From contig NC_086108.1 of the NCBI RefSeq assembly GCF_963921235.1, forward strand, positions 99,884,001-99,948,000: a DNA stretch of 64,000 nt. Direction: 5' to 3'. Each line of letters begins with the position of its first letter. The first letter of the stretch is position 1. The position numbers were made by a program, and so were the translations under genes. The notes under the pieces are model-generated. The model worked only from the letters and a program-made list of their open reading frames with translations, did no database searches and had not been told where the DNA came from. The stretch is from Mobula hypostoma. Its lineage: Eukaryota. This document shows, piece by piece, positions 1-11,769 of the stretch.

Positions 1-227
1 GAAGTCATTCCTGCCTGTGGCCATCAAACTTTATAACTCCTCCCTTGGAGGGTCAGACACCCTGAGCTGATAGGCTGGTCCTGGACTTATTTCATAATTT
101 ACTGGCATAATTTACATATTATTACTTAACTATTTATGGTTCTATTACTATTTATTATTTATGGTGCAACTGTAACGAAAACCAATTTCCCTCGGGATCA
201 ATAAAGTATGACTATGACTATAACTAT
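1..227 (+). mobile_element. 3' end of Rex1/Babar-type LINE
   Basis: Encodes ...SFLPVAIKLYNS, the Rex1-type C-terminus. Ends GGATCAATAAAG plus a (TATGAC)n tail. Same family as the minus-strand copy at ~42180-42445. Confidence 0.65.
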
Positions 228-1030
228 GATAATCTGATCTTCTATTTTTCCTTCCAAAGTGGAAGATCTTGTATTTACCAACATTGTACTCCATCTGCCG
301 GATCCTTGCCCACTCACTTAACCTATCTATATATCTCTGCAGAGTCTCCGTATCCTCTGCACAATTTGCTTTTCCACTCAATTTAGTGTCATCAGCAAAC
401 TTAGATACACTACACTCGGTCCCTTCTTCCAGATCGTTAATGTATATCATGAACATGTATGGACCCAGCACTGATTCTTGCGGCACCCAGAAAAACACCC
501 ATGTATTCCAACTCTCTGCTTTCTATTGTTTCGCTAATCCTCTATATATGCTAATACATCACCCCCAACTCTATGCATCCTTATCTGATGGTTAAATCTT
601 TTATGTGGCACCTTATTGAACGCCTTCTAGAAATCCAAGTAAATAATGTCCGTATGTTCCTCTCTATCCACTGCGTTTATTATATCCTCAAAGAACTCCA
701 GTAAATTGGTCAAACAGGACCTGCCTTTGCTGAATCTATGCTGCATCTTCATGATGGATCCATTTCTTTTCAGATGCCATGCTATTTCTTTAATGATAGC
801 TTCAAGCATTTTCCCAACTACAGATGTTAAACTAACTGACTATAATTACCTGCCTTTTGCCTAAATTCTTTTTTGAACACTGGCGTGATATTCACCTTCT
901 TCCAATCTGCCGGGACCTGCCCAGAGTCCAGAGTATTTTGGCAAATTGTCACCAAAGCCTCAACTATAACCTCTGCCATTTCTTTCAGTACCCTGGGATG
1001 CATTCCATCAGGACCAGGGGACTTTCTATC
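228..1030 (-). mobile_element. CR1 LINE reverse-transcriptase fragment (decayed)
   Basis: ORFs 148..498 and 627..809 give [22 protein letters not shown] and [24 protein letters not shown], the CR1 RT motifs. Confidence 0.9.
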
Positions 1031-1129
1031 TTTAGACGCACAAAATCAATTTGCAAAATTAAACAGGTGAGATGGGATTATAAACAGATTAAGAATTAGT
1101 TGTTAGACAGGAAGAAGATTAAAGATTTT

Positions 1130-1385
1130 TAAAGATTAGCTTTATTTATCACATGTACTGTATATCAAAGCATCCAAACATGCAGTGGAATGCGTCATTT
1201 ACATCAATGACCAACACAGTACAAGGATGAGCCGGGGGCAGCCCACAAGTGTTGCCATACTTCTGGTGACAAAATAGCATGTCCACAATTTACTAACCCT
1301 AGTCCATATGCCACTGGAATGTGGGAGGAAACTGGAGCACCTGGAGGAAACCCACACAGTCATTGGGAGAACATACAAACTCCTA
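1130..1385 (-). mobile_element. HE1/V-SINE-like SINE
   Basis: GGAATGTGGGAGGAAACTGGAGCACCTGGAGGAAACCCACACAG..GGGAGAACATACAAACTCC is the reverse complement of the V-SINE core. A similar copy lies at ~1610-1970. Confidence 0.7.
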
Positions 1386-2274
1386 ACAGCATCTGGGGCT
1401 AGCGGTTACAGCCACGGGAAATGGTGTGTCATTTATAACTGAGATTAGGAGAGATTTCTTCAGCACTGGACGGCGGAACTCCCTGCCACAGAAGTTAGTG
1501 GAGGTCAAGTCATTAAATATGTTCAGGAACAGAACTACACAGACCGAATCGGTAAGTGCATTCACTGATTAAATGGATTTATAAACTGCATTGGATCTGC
1601 AGACCACAGAGAGATAGATTAGATTTGCTTTATTTGTCATATGTACATCAAAATTTACAGTGAAATGTATCATTTGCATCAACCATGATGAAATGGCGGA
1701 GCAGACCCAATGAGCCAAATGGCCTAATTCTGCTCCTGTATCTTATGGTCTTATGATCCTATGGTCAAATCTAGTCAGCGAGGACTATGCTGGACAACCC
1801 ACAAATGTTGCCTCCCTCCCCGGCCTCAGCGCACAATGCACTAACTGTAACTATACGTCTTTGGAATGTGGAAGGAAACCAGAGCACCAGGTGGTTATGG
1901 GAGAACATACAAACTCCTCACAGACAGTGGTGGGACTCAAACCCCAATCTTATAGCTGGCTGTTCCTACAATAGGCAGAAGGTAGAGGTGAGGCCAATAA
2001 TTAGATCCAGCATTGTATTATGTTCTGCCGAAGTCCTTATCGCTGCTCCCATATCTTATGTTCTTACAGAGAAACATGACTAAGGGAGGAAAAGCCTGGC
2101 AGCTTAATATTCCAGGGTAAAGGTACCTTAGGCAGAATAGAGCAGGAGAAAAATGAGGAGACGAGTTGCAGGTTTAATGAAGGGAATACACAGAGACCAA
2201 ATTAGTGCAGGATCACCCAGTGTGGCTTTATTTAAGATTCAAGATGTCATTTCCAGTACACAAGTGCAAAGGAG

Positions 2275-2768
2275 AATGAAGCTACCCTCAGGGTGGAGGA
2301 GCAACATCTTATATTCTGCCTCGGTACCCACCAACCTGATGGCATGAAAACTGATTTCTCCTTCCGGTAAACAAATTCCTTGCCTCCCCCCCACCCCCCA
2401 AACTTTATTCCCCACTCTGACCCTTTTACTTCTTCTCACCTGCCTATCACTTCCCCCTGGGTTTTCTCCTCCTTCCCTTTCTCCTATAGTCCCCCTCCCC
2501 TCCGAGCAGATTCCTTCTTCTCCGGTCCATGACCTTTCCAACCTACCTGGCTTCACCTATCACCTTCTCGCTAATTCCTTACCCTCCACCCTCCCCGCCC
2601 ATCCTTTTATTCTGGCATCTTCTCCCTTCCTTCTCAGTCCTGAAGAGGGTCTTGGCCTAAAACATTGACCATCTATTCCCTTCCACAGATGTTGCCTGAC
2701 CTGCTGAGTTCCTCCAGCATTTTGTGTAAATTGCTTTGGATTTCCAGCATCTGTAGACTTTCTCATGT
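2275..2768 (+). mobile_element. Penelope-like element 3' end (GIY-YIG C-terminus, pyrimidine-rich UTR, degenerate hammerhead)
   Basis: Manual translation from 2275 gives NEATLRVEEQHLIFCLGTHQPDGMKTDFS, matching the E..I..L.T..P.G.N end of PLE GIY-YIG endonucleases. It is followed by CAGTC CTGAAGA GGGTCTTGGCCT AAAAC (2635-2663) and the family tail GATGTTGCCTGACCTGCTGAGTTCCTCCAGC. Confidence 0.8.
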
Positions 2769-3679
2769 GAACGAAATAACTTCTACTCTGGATTCAATGG
2801 AACACAAAAAAAAACCCGATAAGATAAAGGACACAATAGTAAAAAAAAATCTCAATAAATATAACGATATAAGATAGCTTTTATACCTGGATTGATTTAT
2901 GTCCAAAAATGATGCTAGGCACAGGAGTGTCTGTACATAAGATGACTGGCAGAAAATAATAAAATAGTGGTGGCGGGTTGGGTTAGTGGGTGGAGGTGTT
3001 GATCAGCCTTACTGCTTGGGGAAAGAAATTGTTTCTGAGTCTGGTGGTCCTTGCGTGGATGCTACATAGCCTCATCCCGGACGGAAGTAGAGGCTGAGAA
3101 TAAGGTGATGATTACATTGCTGAGATTGCACTCTAGGTCCTAGATAGTCAATGGGAAAGCTTTAGAATATTTGAGGGCCAAATGCTGGCGATGGTACTAG
3201 CTTGGTTGGGACATCTTGGATGGCATGAATCAATTGGACAGATGCGCCTGTTTCTGCACTGTATGTCTCTGACTGTATATGACTCAATGGTGTGGGAATC
3301 TACAGTAAGAAGGCTCAATACAAAAATTAGAACATGGCTATGTGGAATTGAAACCTACATGTGCTTCTTTGACACAAAGGGTACTAGGTATAAAAGGCTC
3401 CTTCTCCAAAGGGTTAGAAATGCTATGAAGAGATTGATATTAACGATACCAAGCAATAAGAATCAAGAGGAATTAAATGGGATAAAACTACAACTGAGTA
3501 TCAGAAAAGGTTTGAGAGGCAGCATGGTCTGTACTCATGGAGTTTGAGGTTGAAATCTATCTCACATGCTCACTAAATCGCACATGCCGGGGACTCAGCA
3601 ATTGCTTTCTCTGCTGGATTACAGAAAAAAGTGCAGATCACATCTAAATTTGGCATCCCTTCCTCAAGCATAATCTTGT

Positions 3680-4010
3680 CAAAGTTTAAAGTAAATTTTA
3701 TTATTAAAGTTCATATTTGTCACCATATGCAGTCCTGAGATTCATTTTCTTGTGGGCATACTCAGCAAATCTATAGAATAGTGACTATAACAGGATCAAT
3801 GAAAGATCAGCCAGTGCAGAAGAGAACAAAATGAGCAAATGCAAATATAAATAAATGGCAATAAATAATGAGAACATGAGATAATGAGACAAAGAGTCCT
3901 TAAAGTGAGATGATTGGCTGTAGGAACAGTTCAAGTGAGAGTAGTTATCCCCTATTTATTCAAAAGCCTGATAGCTGAGGGGTGGTAACTGTTCTTGAAG
4001 CTGGTGGTTA
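3680..4010 (-). mobile_element. Rex1/Babar-type LINE 3' UTR
   Basis: Reverse complement of the family 3' end seen at 8700-9470 and 13680-14000 (ACCACCAG.TTCAAGAACAG...AAGAAAATGAATCTCAGG...AATAAATTTACTTTGAACTT). Confidence 0.65.
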
Positions 4011-4154
4011 GATATCCCTTTGCCTTTGCAGATGCTTATGTCAGACCCATAGACTTCGGGCCTGAAGCTTTGATGAATATTATCATATCCAGCACAGATT
4101 CCCTTTTCCACTTTCCCGTGTACACGTCTAATGCAGTTTCCTTTTGTCCTGCAG

Positions 4155-4202
4155 GGTCACAGGAGTGAAGAAAAACCAAGATGCAAAGTGTGCATGGCTG
4201 AG
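4155..4202 (+). other. Candidate 48-nt internal exon of an unidentified gene
   Basis: Branch-like CTAAT (4128-4132), acceptor TTTCCTTTTGTCCTGCAG, donor GAG|GTAGGT (alternative GTAAGG at 4207). Length is a multiple of 3 and the flanks are TE-free. No protein recognised. Confidence 0.3.
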
Positions 4203-5223
4203 GTAGGTAAGGCTCTGGGTGCTGAAGATGACAGTGGGCACCGAGTGTCACATTAACTGCAGATGCACGCATAGCTATTTTTACAATAATGTTATTTTTA
4301 TGTTGAAAACAAATAATTTTATTAAAAGCTAAAATAAATATTGCCAATGATACTTAAGAGCCAGTACTAAATAGTGTCTAAATCTCATTATCCTAAGGGA
4401 CCACTTGCAATTAAAGTGATGTAATGGGCTTTTGAGTCATATCAGCATTTGTGAGATGTGAGTGCTGTCTGCCATTGCATTAAAATTGACATTGTGTCTA
4501 ACATTTAAATAATGTGCACTCCAATGTGAGCTTTGCTGTGCCATATCTACATATGAATATGTCTAAGTGCTGGAGTGGTTTCTTTCTGACAATATAAGAT
4601 ACGTAATATTTAGCTGCAGAGAAACATCGATATTCCTTGTTATGTGCAGCCTGTGTAATGAGTGATAGAGACTCTGAGATTTCATGTTGAAATTTTAATT
4701 GCCTTTAAAATACAGTACTTTCTTTGTGATCTGGGGATAGGGTTTGGGCATGTAAATTGACAAATACCTCAAGCAGTTTAACCTGCCAGTTTCAAATCAG
4801 CTTATAGCAGCGATATAGGAAGGTTTTAAAATTGATCTATGAACAGAAGATTGTTATATTATTCATTAAGTTGACTTAATTGTTATACTGCACGATTATC
4901 ATTATGTAAGTACACCAGCTATATCAAAATTAATAAAATATTGATAATGATGGTATTAACATATAACATTCAAGGTTACTTTCAATTGACTATTTGGTTA
5001 CGGAAGTGATTAGATGTGTTTTTACTCAGCTTGGTTTCACCTGATGCATGCTATTTTAAGTACTTGCTGGCAGGCTCCAATGCCAGTAATGTGGACTGCA
5101 TTTATTGCCATTTCCTTCCATCTTCCAGTTCTTTTTAATCGATCACTATTCATTTTACCTAATAAAATCACTTCTGATTGCCAGTACTTATCTACTGTCG
5201 CCCTATTTGTGCAGTATTCCATA

Positions 5224-5795
5224 TACAGTGGCAACTTTATCAAGTACACCTGTACACCTGCTTGTTAACGCAAATAGCTAATCAGCCAATCACACGGCAG
5301 CATCTCACTGCATAAAAGCATGCAGACATGGTCAAGATGTTCAGTTGTTGTTCAGACCAGACATCAGAATGGGAAAGAAAGGTTATCTGAGTAACTCTGA
5401 GCGTGGAATTATTGTTGGTGCCAGACAGGGTGGTTTGAGTTTCTCAGAAATTGCTGATCTCCTGGGATTTTCACGCACAGCAGACTAAAGTTTACAGAGA
5501 ATGCTCCGAAAAAGCTAAAAAAAAAAGGGGGAAAAAACCCAGAGAGTTGCAGTTCTGTGGGCGAAAATGCCTTGTTAGCAGAGATTAAAGGAGATTGGCC
5601 AGCATGGTTCACACTGACAAGAAGGTGATAGTGACTCAAATAACCATGCATTACAGCAGTGGTGTACAGAGGAGCATCTCTGAATGCACAACACTTCAAA
5701 GCTTGAAGTGGATGGACTACAGCAGCAGAAGGCGATGAACATACTGAAACATACTCAGTGGCCTTCTGGACCTAATAAAGTGGGCACCAAGTGTA
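5224..5795 (+). mobile_element. Non-autonomous Tc1 element (internal deletion; N-terminal HTH remnant)
   Basis: TIR-like TACAGTGGCAACTTTAT... and ...CCTAATAAAGTGGGCACCAAGTGTA. ATG at 5369 gives MGKKGYLSNSERGIIVGARQGGLSFSEIADLLGFSRT, a Tc1 paired-like HTH. Confidence 0.85.
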
Positions 5796-5889
5796 TGGTT
5801 ACCTTTTTAAACTTGCACTCTGTTGCATTTTTTGCTGCTGTGTTTGTTCAAAGTCCAAAGTAAAATTTATTATCAGAGTACAGACAAGA

Positions 5890-6280
5890 TGTGCACTGGC
5901 AATATCTGAACCCAAGCGTGGAGGAGAGATAGACTCCAATGTAGAGACAACGACTAGAGTTTATTCATAATCATTTTGCGGAACACCTGCGACGTGGCCA
6001 AGCGACATCGCGAGATGTTACAACCGCAAAACTGGGACCCCACGATTAGCACTCATTGGGTGTCTGCTTCAATAATACAGGTAACACAGAATCCCCGAGC
6101 CTATAAAAATATGCTTAACGAGTTTAAGAAAAGAGCAGCAGGAGACCACTTTACAAAGAGCAAGATGCATGAGAAAAGGCACAAGAGCTCTAAACGGTTA
6201 GCGACTCTCATTAAACAACAATTAACCCTTTCAGGTGCTCTCAAAACCTTAGAGCCCAGTGCTCTCCAGTTCTTCACACA
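5890..6280 (-). mobile_element. Possible solo LTR (Gypsy-like)
   Basis: CpG-rich block with TGT...ACA ends and a minus-strand AATAAA (TTTATT ~5960). Not similar to other repeats in the window. No clear TSD. Confidence 0.25.
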
Positions 6281-6709
6281 GGCTCAAAGACCTCAATACA
6301 GTATTAGTGACTTCATTACTGGCAATCGTGGAGGAAGTACAAAGATTGTCCCTTGTATGTTCCATGGGTTTCACAGGGGCCAGCAGCTCAGCAGTTACAC
6401 CTGCTAGCTCACAGTGATCTGGTTTCAATCCTGACCTTGAGTGTTGTCTCTTTCCGTCTATGTGTAATTTCTACATCCTCCCTGTGATCACCCAATGCTC
6501 TGGTTTCCTTCCGAATCCTAAAGATGTCTGAGTTGGTTAGTTGTCGTCTGTAGACAAGGGGTCTGTACACCCTTTGTGTAGGAGAGCAGCAAAAAAATCA
6601 AAAGGTGCGCATGTGAGCGAAAATTTGTTTCAAAGTTTGAAGGGAAAATAAAAAGAGGGGAATGGGGGAATTGATTTAATATTGGAATGCTTTGGTTTAT
6701 TATTGTCAC

Positions 6710-7440
6710 AAGTCAGAATCAGAATCAGGATTATTATCACTGACATACGTTATGAAATTTGTCATTTGGTAGCAGAAGTATAGAACAAGATATAACAAAT
6801 ACTTTATCTTACAATAACAAATATTTTTAAAAAAGTAGTTCAAAAAGAGAGCAAAAGGTAAGTAGTGTTCATGGGTTCATGGTCTGTTCAGAGAGGAAAA
6901 AGCTGTTCCTAAAACACGCAGTGTGTATCTTCAGGCTCTTTTACCTCCTCCCTGATGGTGGCAATGAGAAGAGGGCATGTTGTGGATGGTGAGGATCTTT
7001 AATGGTGGATGCCATCTCCTCAAGGCATGACAGTTTTTCCTGTCCTGTGCATTGGCATCCCCATACCAGACGGTGATGCAACCAGTCAGAACGTTCTCCG
7101 CGGTACATCTGTAGAAATTTGCTAGAGTTTTCGGTGATGTACCAAATTTTCTCAAACTTGTAATGAAATATAGCCGCTAGCTTGTCTTCTTCATATTGGT
7201 ATCAATATTTTGGGTCCAGGATAGTTGGCACCCAAGAAGTTAAAGCTGCTCAACTCTATGAAAACTGGTATGAGTACTCCAGACTTGCCCTTCCTGAACT
7301 CCAGAATTAATTTCTTGATCTTACTGACATTGAGTGCTATGTGATTTTTGCAACATTGCTCAAACAGTCGATCTATCTCATTCTCTCTCACTCCTGCACG
7401 CCTCCTCGTCACCATCTGAGATTCTGCCAACAACAGTTTG
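6710..7440 (-). mobile_element. Rex1/Babar-type LINE 3' fragments
   Basis: ORFs 6931..7155 (RKFGTSPKTLANFYRCTAENVLTGCITVWYG) and 7191..7433 (LNVSKIKKLILEFRK). (AGAATC)n tail at 6715-6730. Confidence 0.8.
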
Positions 7441-7719
7441 TAGCAAGATACAGTGAAATATTTCTGCTAGCATGCCTTCTGAACAGATTATTCCAAAAAA
7501 GTGCAACAAGATGGAAAAAGGGAAAGAGAATGCAGAGTAGAGTGTTGCAGCTACAAAGGAAGTTCAGTGCAAGCAGAGGAATAAAGAGCAAGGTCCACGA
7601 TGAGATCGAATGGGAGATCAAGAGTTCACCTTTAGTGAATGAGGAAACAGCAGGAAAAAAGCCATCAGACTCCTGAAGGAGTGTGGAAACTTCACTCACC
7701 TCAAATCTGAATGGATTCC

Positions 7720-7794
7720 TTCAGTTAGTCCTGAGGAGGGGTCTCGGCCCAAAACGTCAACTGTACCTCTTCCTAGAGATGCTGCCTGGCCTGC
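7720..7794 (+). mobile_element. 75-bp Penelope hammerhead fragment inserted in a Rex1 3' UTR
   Basis: AGTC CTGAGGA GGGGTCTCGGCCC AAAAC GTC AACTG, flanked by direct repeat TGGATTCC at 7712-7719 and 7795-7802. Confidence 0.75.
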
Positions 7795-8469
7795 TGGATT
7801 CCACAACCTATGGACTCACTTTCAAGGACTCTACAACTGATGTTCTCAATATTATTTATTTAGTGAATTATTTTTATTTACATAGTTTTTCTTCTTCTGC
7901 ACATTGGTCGTTTGTCAGTGTTTGATTATCTGTAATTTCCAATTGATTCTATTGTATTTCTTTGTTCTACCATGAATACATGCAAGAACAAAAATCTCAA
8001 GGTAGCATATAGCGACATATACAGTAAGTAATTCTACAAAAAATTTTCTTTGAACTTTGATGCTGGTGTTAGGTGCTTGTGTGGGCCATTGGGTTGAAGG
8101 GCTTCCTTCTGTGTTGCATTAAGTAAAAGCAGGAAATGAAGTATGACTCTGTTCTGTATACAACAAAGGACTAGAACAATGCACAATTATAATGGGGCAG
8201 ATCTTATGTTGCTTCAACTTTGCCAGACCCCAGAATGTTGTTAGTTCCAGCAAGTTCTTAATGTGTCTCTGGCTGCAAGCATAGCAGGGGTTTGTCTCTG
8301 TGTAGGCAGCTAGCTGTGCACATGGATTGATTTCACAACCATCAAGATCCAGTCTCTTAGCCATATGAGTCCTTAATGTTCATAAGAATTCCATAACCCC
8401 TGAAATATTCCTAAAAAAAAGTTACTAAAAAGAATTAAGCTTCTTTTTAACATTTAACATAAGACAGCT

Positions 8470-9470
8470 TTATCTTGTATATCACAGCCTGGTATGGAAA
8501 CACCATTGTCCAGGAATGCAAAAGCCTACAAAGAGTAGTGGATATGACCCTGTCCATCACAGGTAAAGCTCTCCCTACCATTGAGCATATCTACATGGAG
8601 TGCTATTGCAGAAAAGCTGCATCCATTATTAGAGAGCCCACCATCCAGGTTATGCTCTCTTCTTGCTGCTGTCATCGGGAAGGAGGTACAAGGGCGTCAG
8701 AATCCACACCACCAGGTTCAGGAACAGTGGTTACCCTTCAACCATCAGGCTCTTGAACCAGAGGGGATAACTTCACTCAGCCTCACTGAACTGTTCCCTC
8801 AAACTGTGGACTTAATTTCATGAACTCTTCATCGCATGTTCTCAATATGAGTTGTTTATTCATTATTATTAATTTGCTTGTGTTTTTTTTGCTTCTTTGT
8901 ACTTACTGTGAATGCCTCAAGAAAATGAATCTCAGGGTTGTATATTGTGACATACAAGGGGTGATTGATAAGTTTGTGGCCTAAGGTAGAAAGGGTCAAT
9001 TTTAGAAAACCGAGCGCATTTATTTTTCCTACATTTACACACTTAGTCCAGCGGTCGTGGAGCATACGGATCCCTTCTTTGTAGAAGTCAGTGTCTTGGT
9101 GGACCTCCAGAAAGTGGTCCACAGCAGGGATGATTGATAAGTTCATGGCCTAAGGTAGAAGGAGATGAGTTATTAACTTCAAACTTTCTGCATTTTCACT
9201 TAAAGGGTTGATCTACATGTGCATGTAACAAGAGCTGTATAACTCATCTCCTTCTTCTTTAGGCCAGGAACTTATCAATCACCCCTGGGGTGGACCACTT
9301 CTACAAAGAAGGGGTCCGTATGCTCCACGACCGCTGGACTAAGTGTGTACATGTAGGAGGGGACTATGTTGAAAAATAAACGTGCTAGGTTTTCTAAAAT
9401 TAACTCCCACAAACTTATCAATCACCCCTTGTATATGTACTTTGATAATAAGATTACTTCGAACTTTAAA
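8470..9470 (+). mobile_element. Rex1/Babar-type LINE 3' end (interrupted by mariner MITE)
   Basis: ORF 8475..8756 YITAWYGN..KSLQRVVD..ITGKALPTIEHIY..KAASII. The family 3' UTR resumes after 9433. Confidence 0.8.
8955..9431. mobile_element. Foldback mariner-derived MITE
   Basis: Perfect TIRs CAAGGGGTGATTGATAAGTTTGTGG / CCACAAACTTATCAATCACCCCTTG with TA on both sides (8953-54, 9432-33). The mariner C-terminus FYKEG.RMLHDRWTKCV.VG is present on both strands; the + copy ends GDYVEK*. Confidence 0.9.
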
Positions 9471-10268
9471 TTTTAAGAAATATTAAAGTAACCTTGCTTT
9501 TTCCTTATTCTGGGAAGGACTCTCACTTTGTTTGAGTGGGCCTGCATTGGTGGAACCAGCTGCTAGTATAGATCCACTGGGCTGAATAGCTTCATCCTCT
9601 GTTGCAGGGTAAGAACCCCACATCCCAAGACCTACATCATCAGGGAGAAATGTGGGGTGAATAAAACAAGAACACTGTAGGATTAGTGTGAATAGGTTCT
9701 TCATGGTCAGCACAAACTCGATGGGCTGAATAGCCTATTTCTATTCTGTATCCCTCAGTGAGCACTGTAGCAGCTGCCATTGATAATGCAGGGTGGTAGA
9801 TGCTGTTTCCAAGAGGGTGAGTAGCAATGTTGAAAGCCTGGATTTTCACGGACTAACTGGGAACATCCCAGCATAAACACTATCATTGGGAAGGAAAATC
9901 TGCACCAGTGCATTTCAGTCCTCCAATCACATAGATTATTGAATCAACAGAGAGCCAGCTGTTTGGAATATGAAAAATGGAAGGACATCTATAAACCAAA
10001 AGTTTTGGTTGGACCTTAAAGTTGTGGTCTTCAAAAACTCTTTTCCTTAGTCTTGTGTAGGCTCCACTAGTACTCAATGCTGCCAAGGTAAGGAAAATGG
10101 GGAAACTCGTAAGGATAGTTGATCGAATGGTAGAACAGACTCAGTGCACCTAATGTCCTAATTATGCTCCTTGGCCTTCTGGTTATGTTATGGAATATGT
10201 CAGAGGACAGAATCCCAGTTTTAGGACTACTATGATCCACAATGTTGGAACACAGCATTACCTAAGAG

Positions 10269-10349
10269 TAGGGGTTCCCAACCTTTGTTATGCCATGGAC
10301 AGATATCATTAAGCAAAGGGTCCATGGACTCCAGATTGCGAATCCTTGC
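10269..10349. mobile_element. ~80-bp hAT-type MITE
   Basis: TAGGGGTTCCCAACC..TATGCCATGGAC..GGTCCATGGACTCCAG. Same family as 43664-43744, ~54945-55024 and 57381-57460. Confidence 0.65.
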
Positions 10350-10999
10350 CTTCGAGCAATGTCAGCATCTCCTAGGGTTGCAGCGTGACCAACAATCAGT
10401 AAACAAGGGACAGGAAGATCTGAGGAAAAATACAGTAATAGATTCTCTTCTTGCACCTTGAAATACATAGCTTGGTTTAGAAGAAATATAAAAGATATCT
10501 CAAATGTATTTGTTCTTAACTACACTCAGTAGGTGACAAAGTGTGAAATGGTTTGTCCAATTTTGTGTGGATGCACTTGGCCTCACTGCATTCTGAATCT
10601 AGCAGCTTATCCCCAGCAGACACAGTAACAGTGGTGTAATGAATGCCGTGTATAATAGTCTGATCTAGTTGAGCTGAAATGCTGTGGGATTCTTTATCAC
10701 TTTCCTTCCCAAGAGATGCATTATTGGAAAACAAACACTAACACCTTGTAAAAATAAGTGCCTGATGTTTGGAGACTACATGAGACCTGTGAAAATGCAA
10801 TTTGCAATAAGGTTCAGACTTTTCACTTAGCTTTTTAGTTGAACTTTCCCCAACATAGATTGTTCTTCAGAATAAAATGTTTGTTTTTAACTTTTTATTT
10901 GGGAAAAGGCAATAACAAAAAAGTTCACACAGACAGAATGACTTTGTGGACAGGGAACTTGGCTGGGGTAGCATTACATTAAACCTATCAGGGTAGATC

Positions 11000-11430
11000 T
11001 TCATTTGATGCCTTATGAGATTGAACTTGGCCTTTGCTCCTTGGAGTGACGGAGGATGAGAGGTGAGCTGATAGAGGTGTATAAGATGATGAGAGTCATT
11101 GATCGTGTGGATAGCCAGAGTCTTTCTCCCAGGACTGAAATGGCTAACATGAGGGGGCATAGTTTTAAGGTGTTGGAAGTAGGTACAGAGGGGATGTTAG
11201 GGGTAAGTTTTTCACACAGACAGTGGTGAGTGCATGGAATGTACTGCCAGTGATGGTGGTGGAGGTGGATACAATAGGGTCTTTTAAGAGATTCTTAGAT
11301 AGGTACATACAGCTTATAAAAATAGAGTGCTTTGTGGTACGGTAATTCTAGGCAGCTTCTAGAGTAGGTTACATCATTGGCACAACATTGTGGGCTGAAG
11401 GGCCTGTATTTCTATATTTCTATGTTTCTG
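11000..11430 (+). mobile_element. CR1 LINE 3' end
   Basis: GGAGGATGAGAGGTGAGCTGATAGAGGTGTATAAGATGATGAGAG..GGGCATAGTTTTAAGG and the 3' tail GGGCTGAAGGGCCTGTATTTCTATATTTCTATG. Confidence 0.8.
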
Positions 11431-11769
11431 TGATCTGAGCTAGCCAGTCATGTCTTCTATCCAGAGCCAGCCAGGACGTGATCTTTCTCTGGAAGATCAT
11501 CTCCCAGCTCAACAGCCAGGCTCTAGCGCAGAGTAATGTAGAGCCTCAGCAGAATGGCAGTGACGATTGGTGCAGTCTCAGTTCTGGGCTCACTGGCTAG
11601 CAAATCTGCTACTTCAGTTGTTTTCATCACTCACAAAATTACTTTGGCTTTGTTTAAGAAATAAAATAAAATCTTAAAAAACAAAAATTTTAGGAGGAAA
11701 TTAATAATTATTTTTAATACTTTTAATCAGATTTAAAACATTTTCATTAACTTAATTAAGTAATGATTC

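Noticed and set aside
10061..10087. 27-nt microexon (TAG|GCTCC..CAAG|GTAAGG)
   Set aside because: The surrounding sequence resembles a decayed CR1 3' end, so the splice-like motifs are probably chance.
11470..11600. Coding-looking stretch (WKIISQLNSQALAQSNVEPQQ...)
   Set aside because: No convincing splice sites, in-frame stop, and no recognisable protein.
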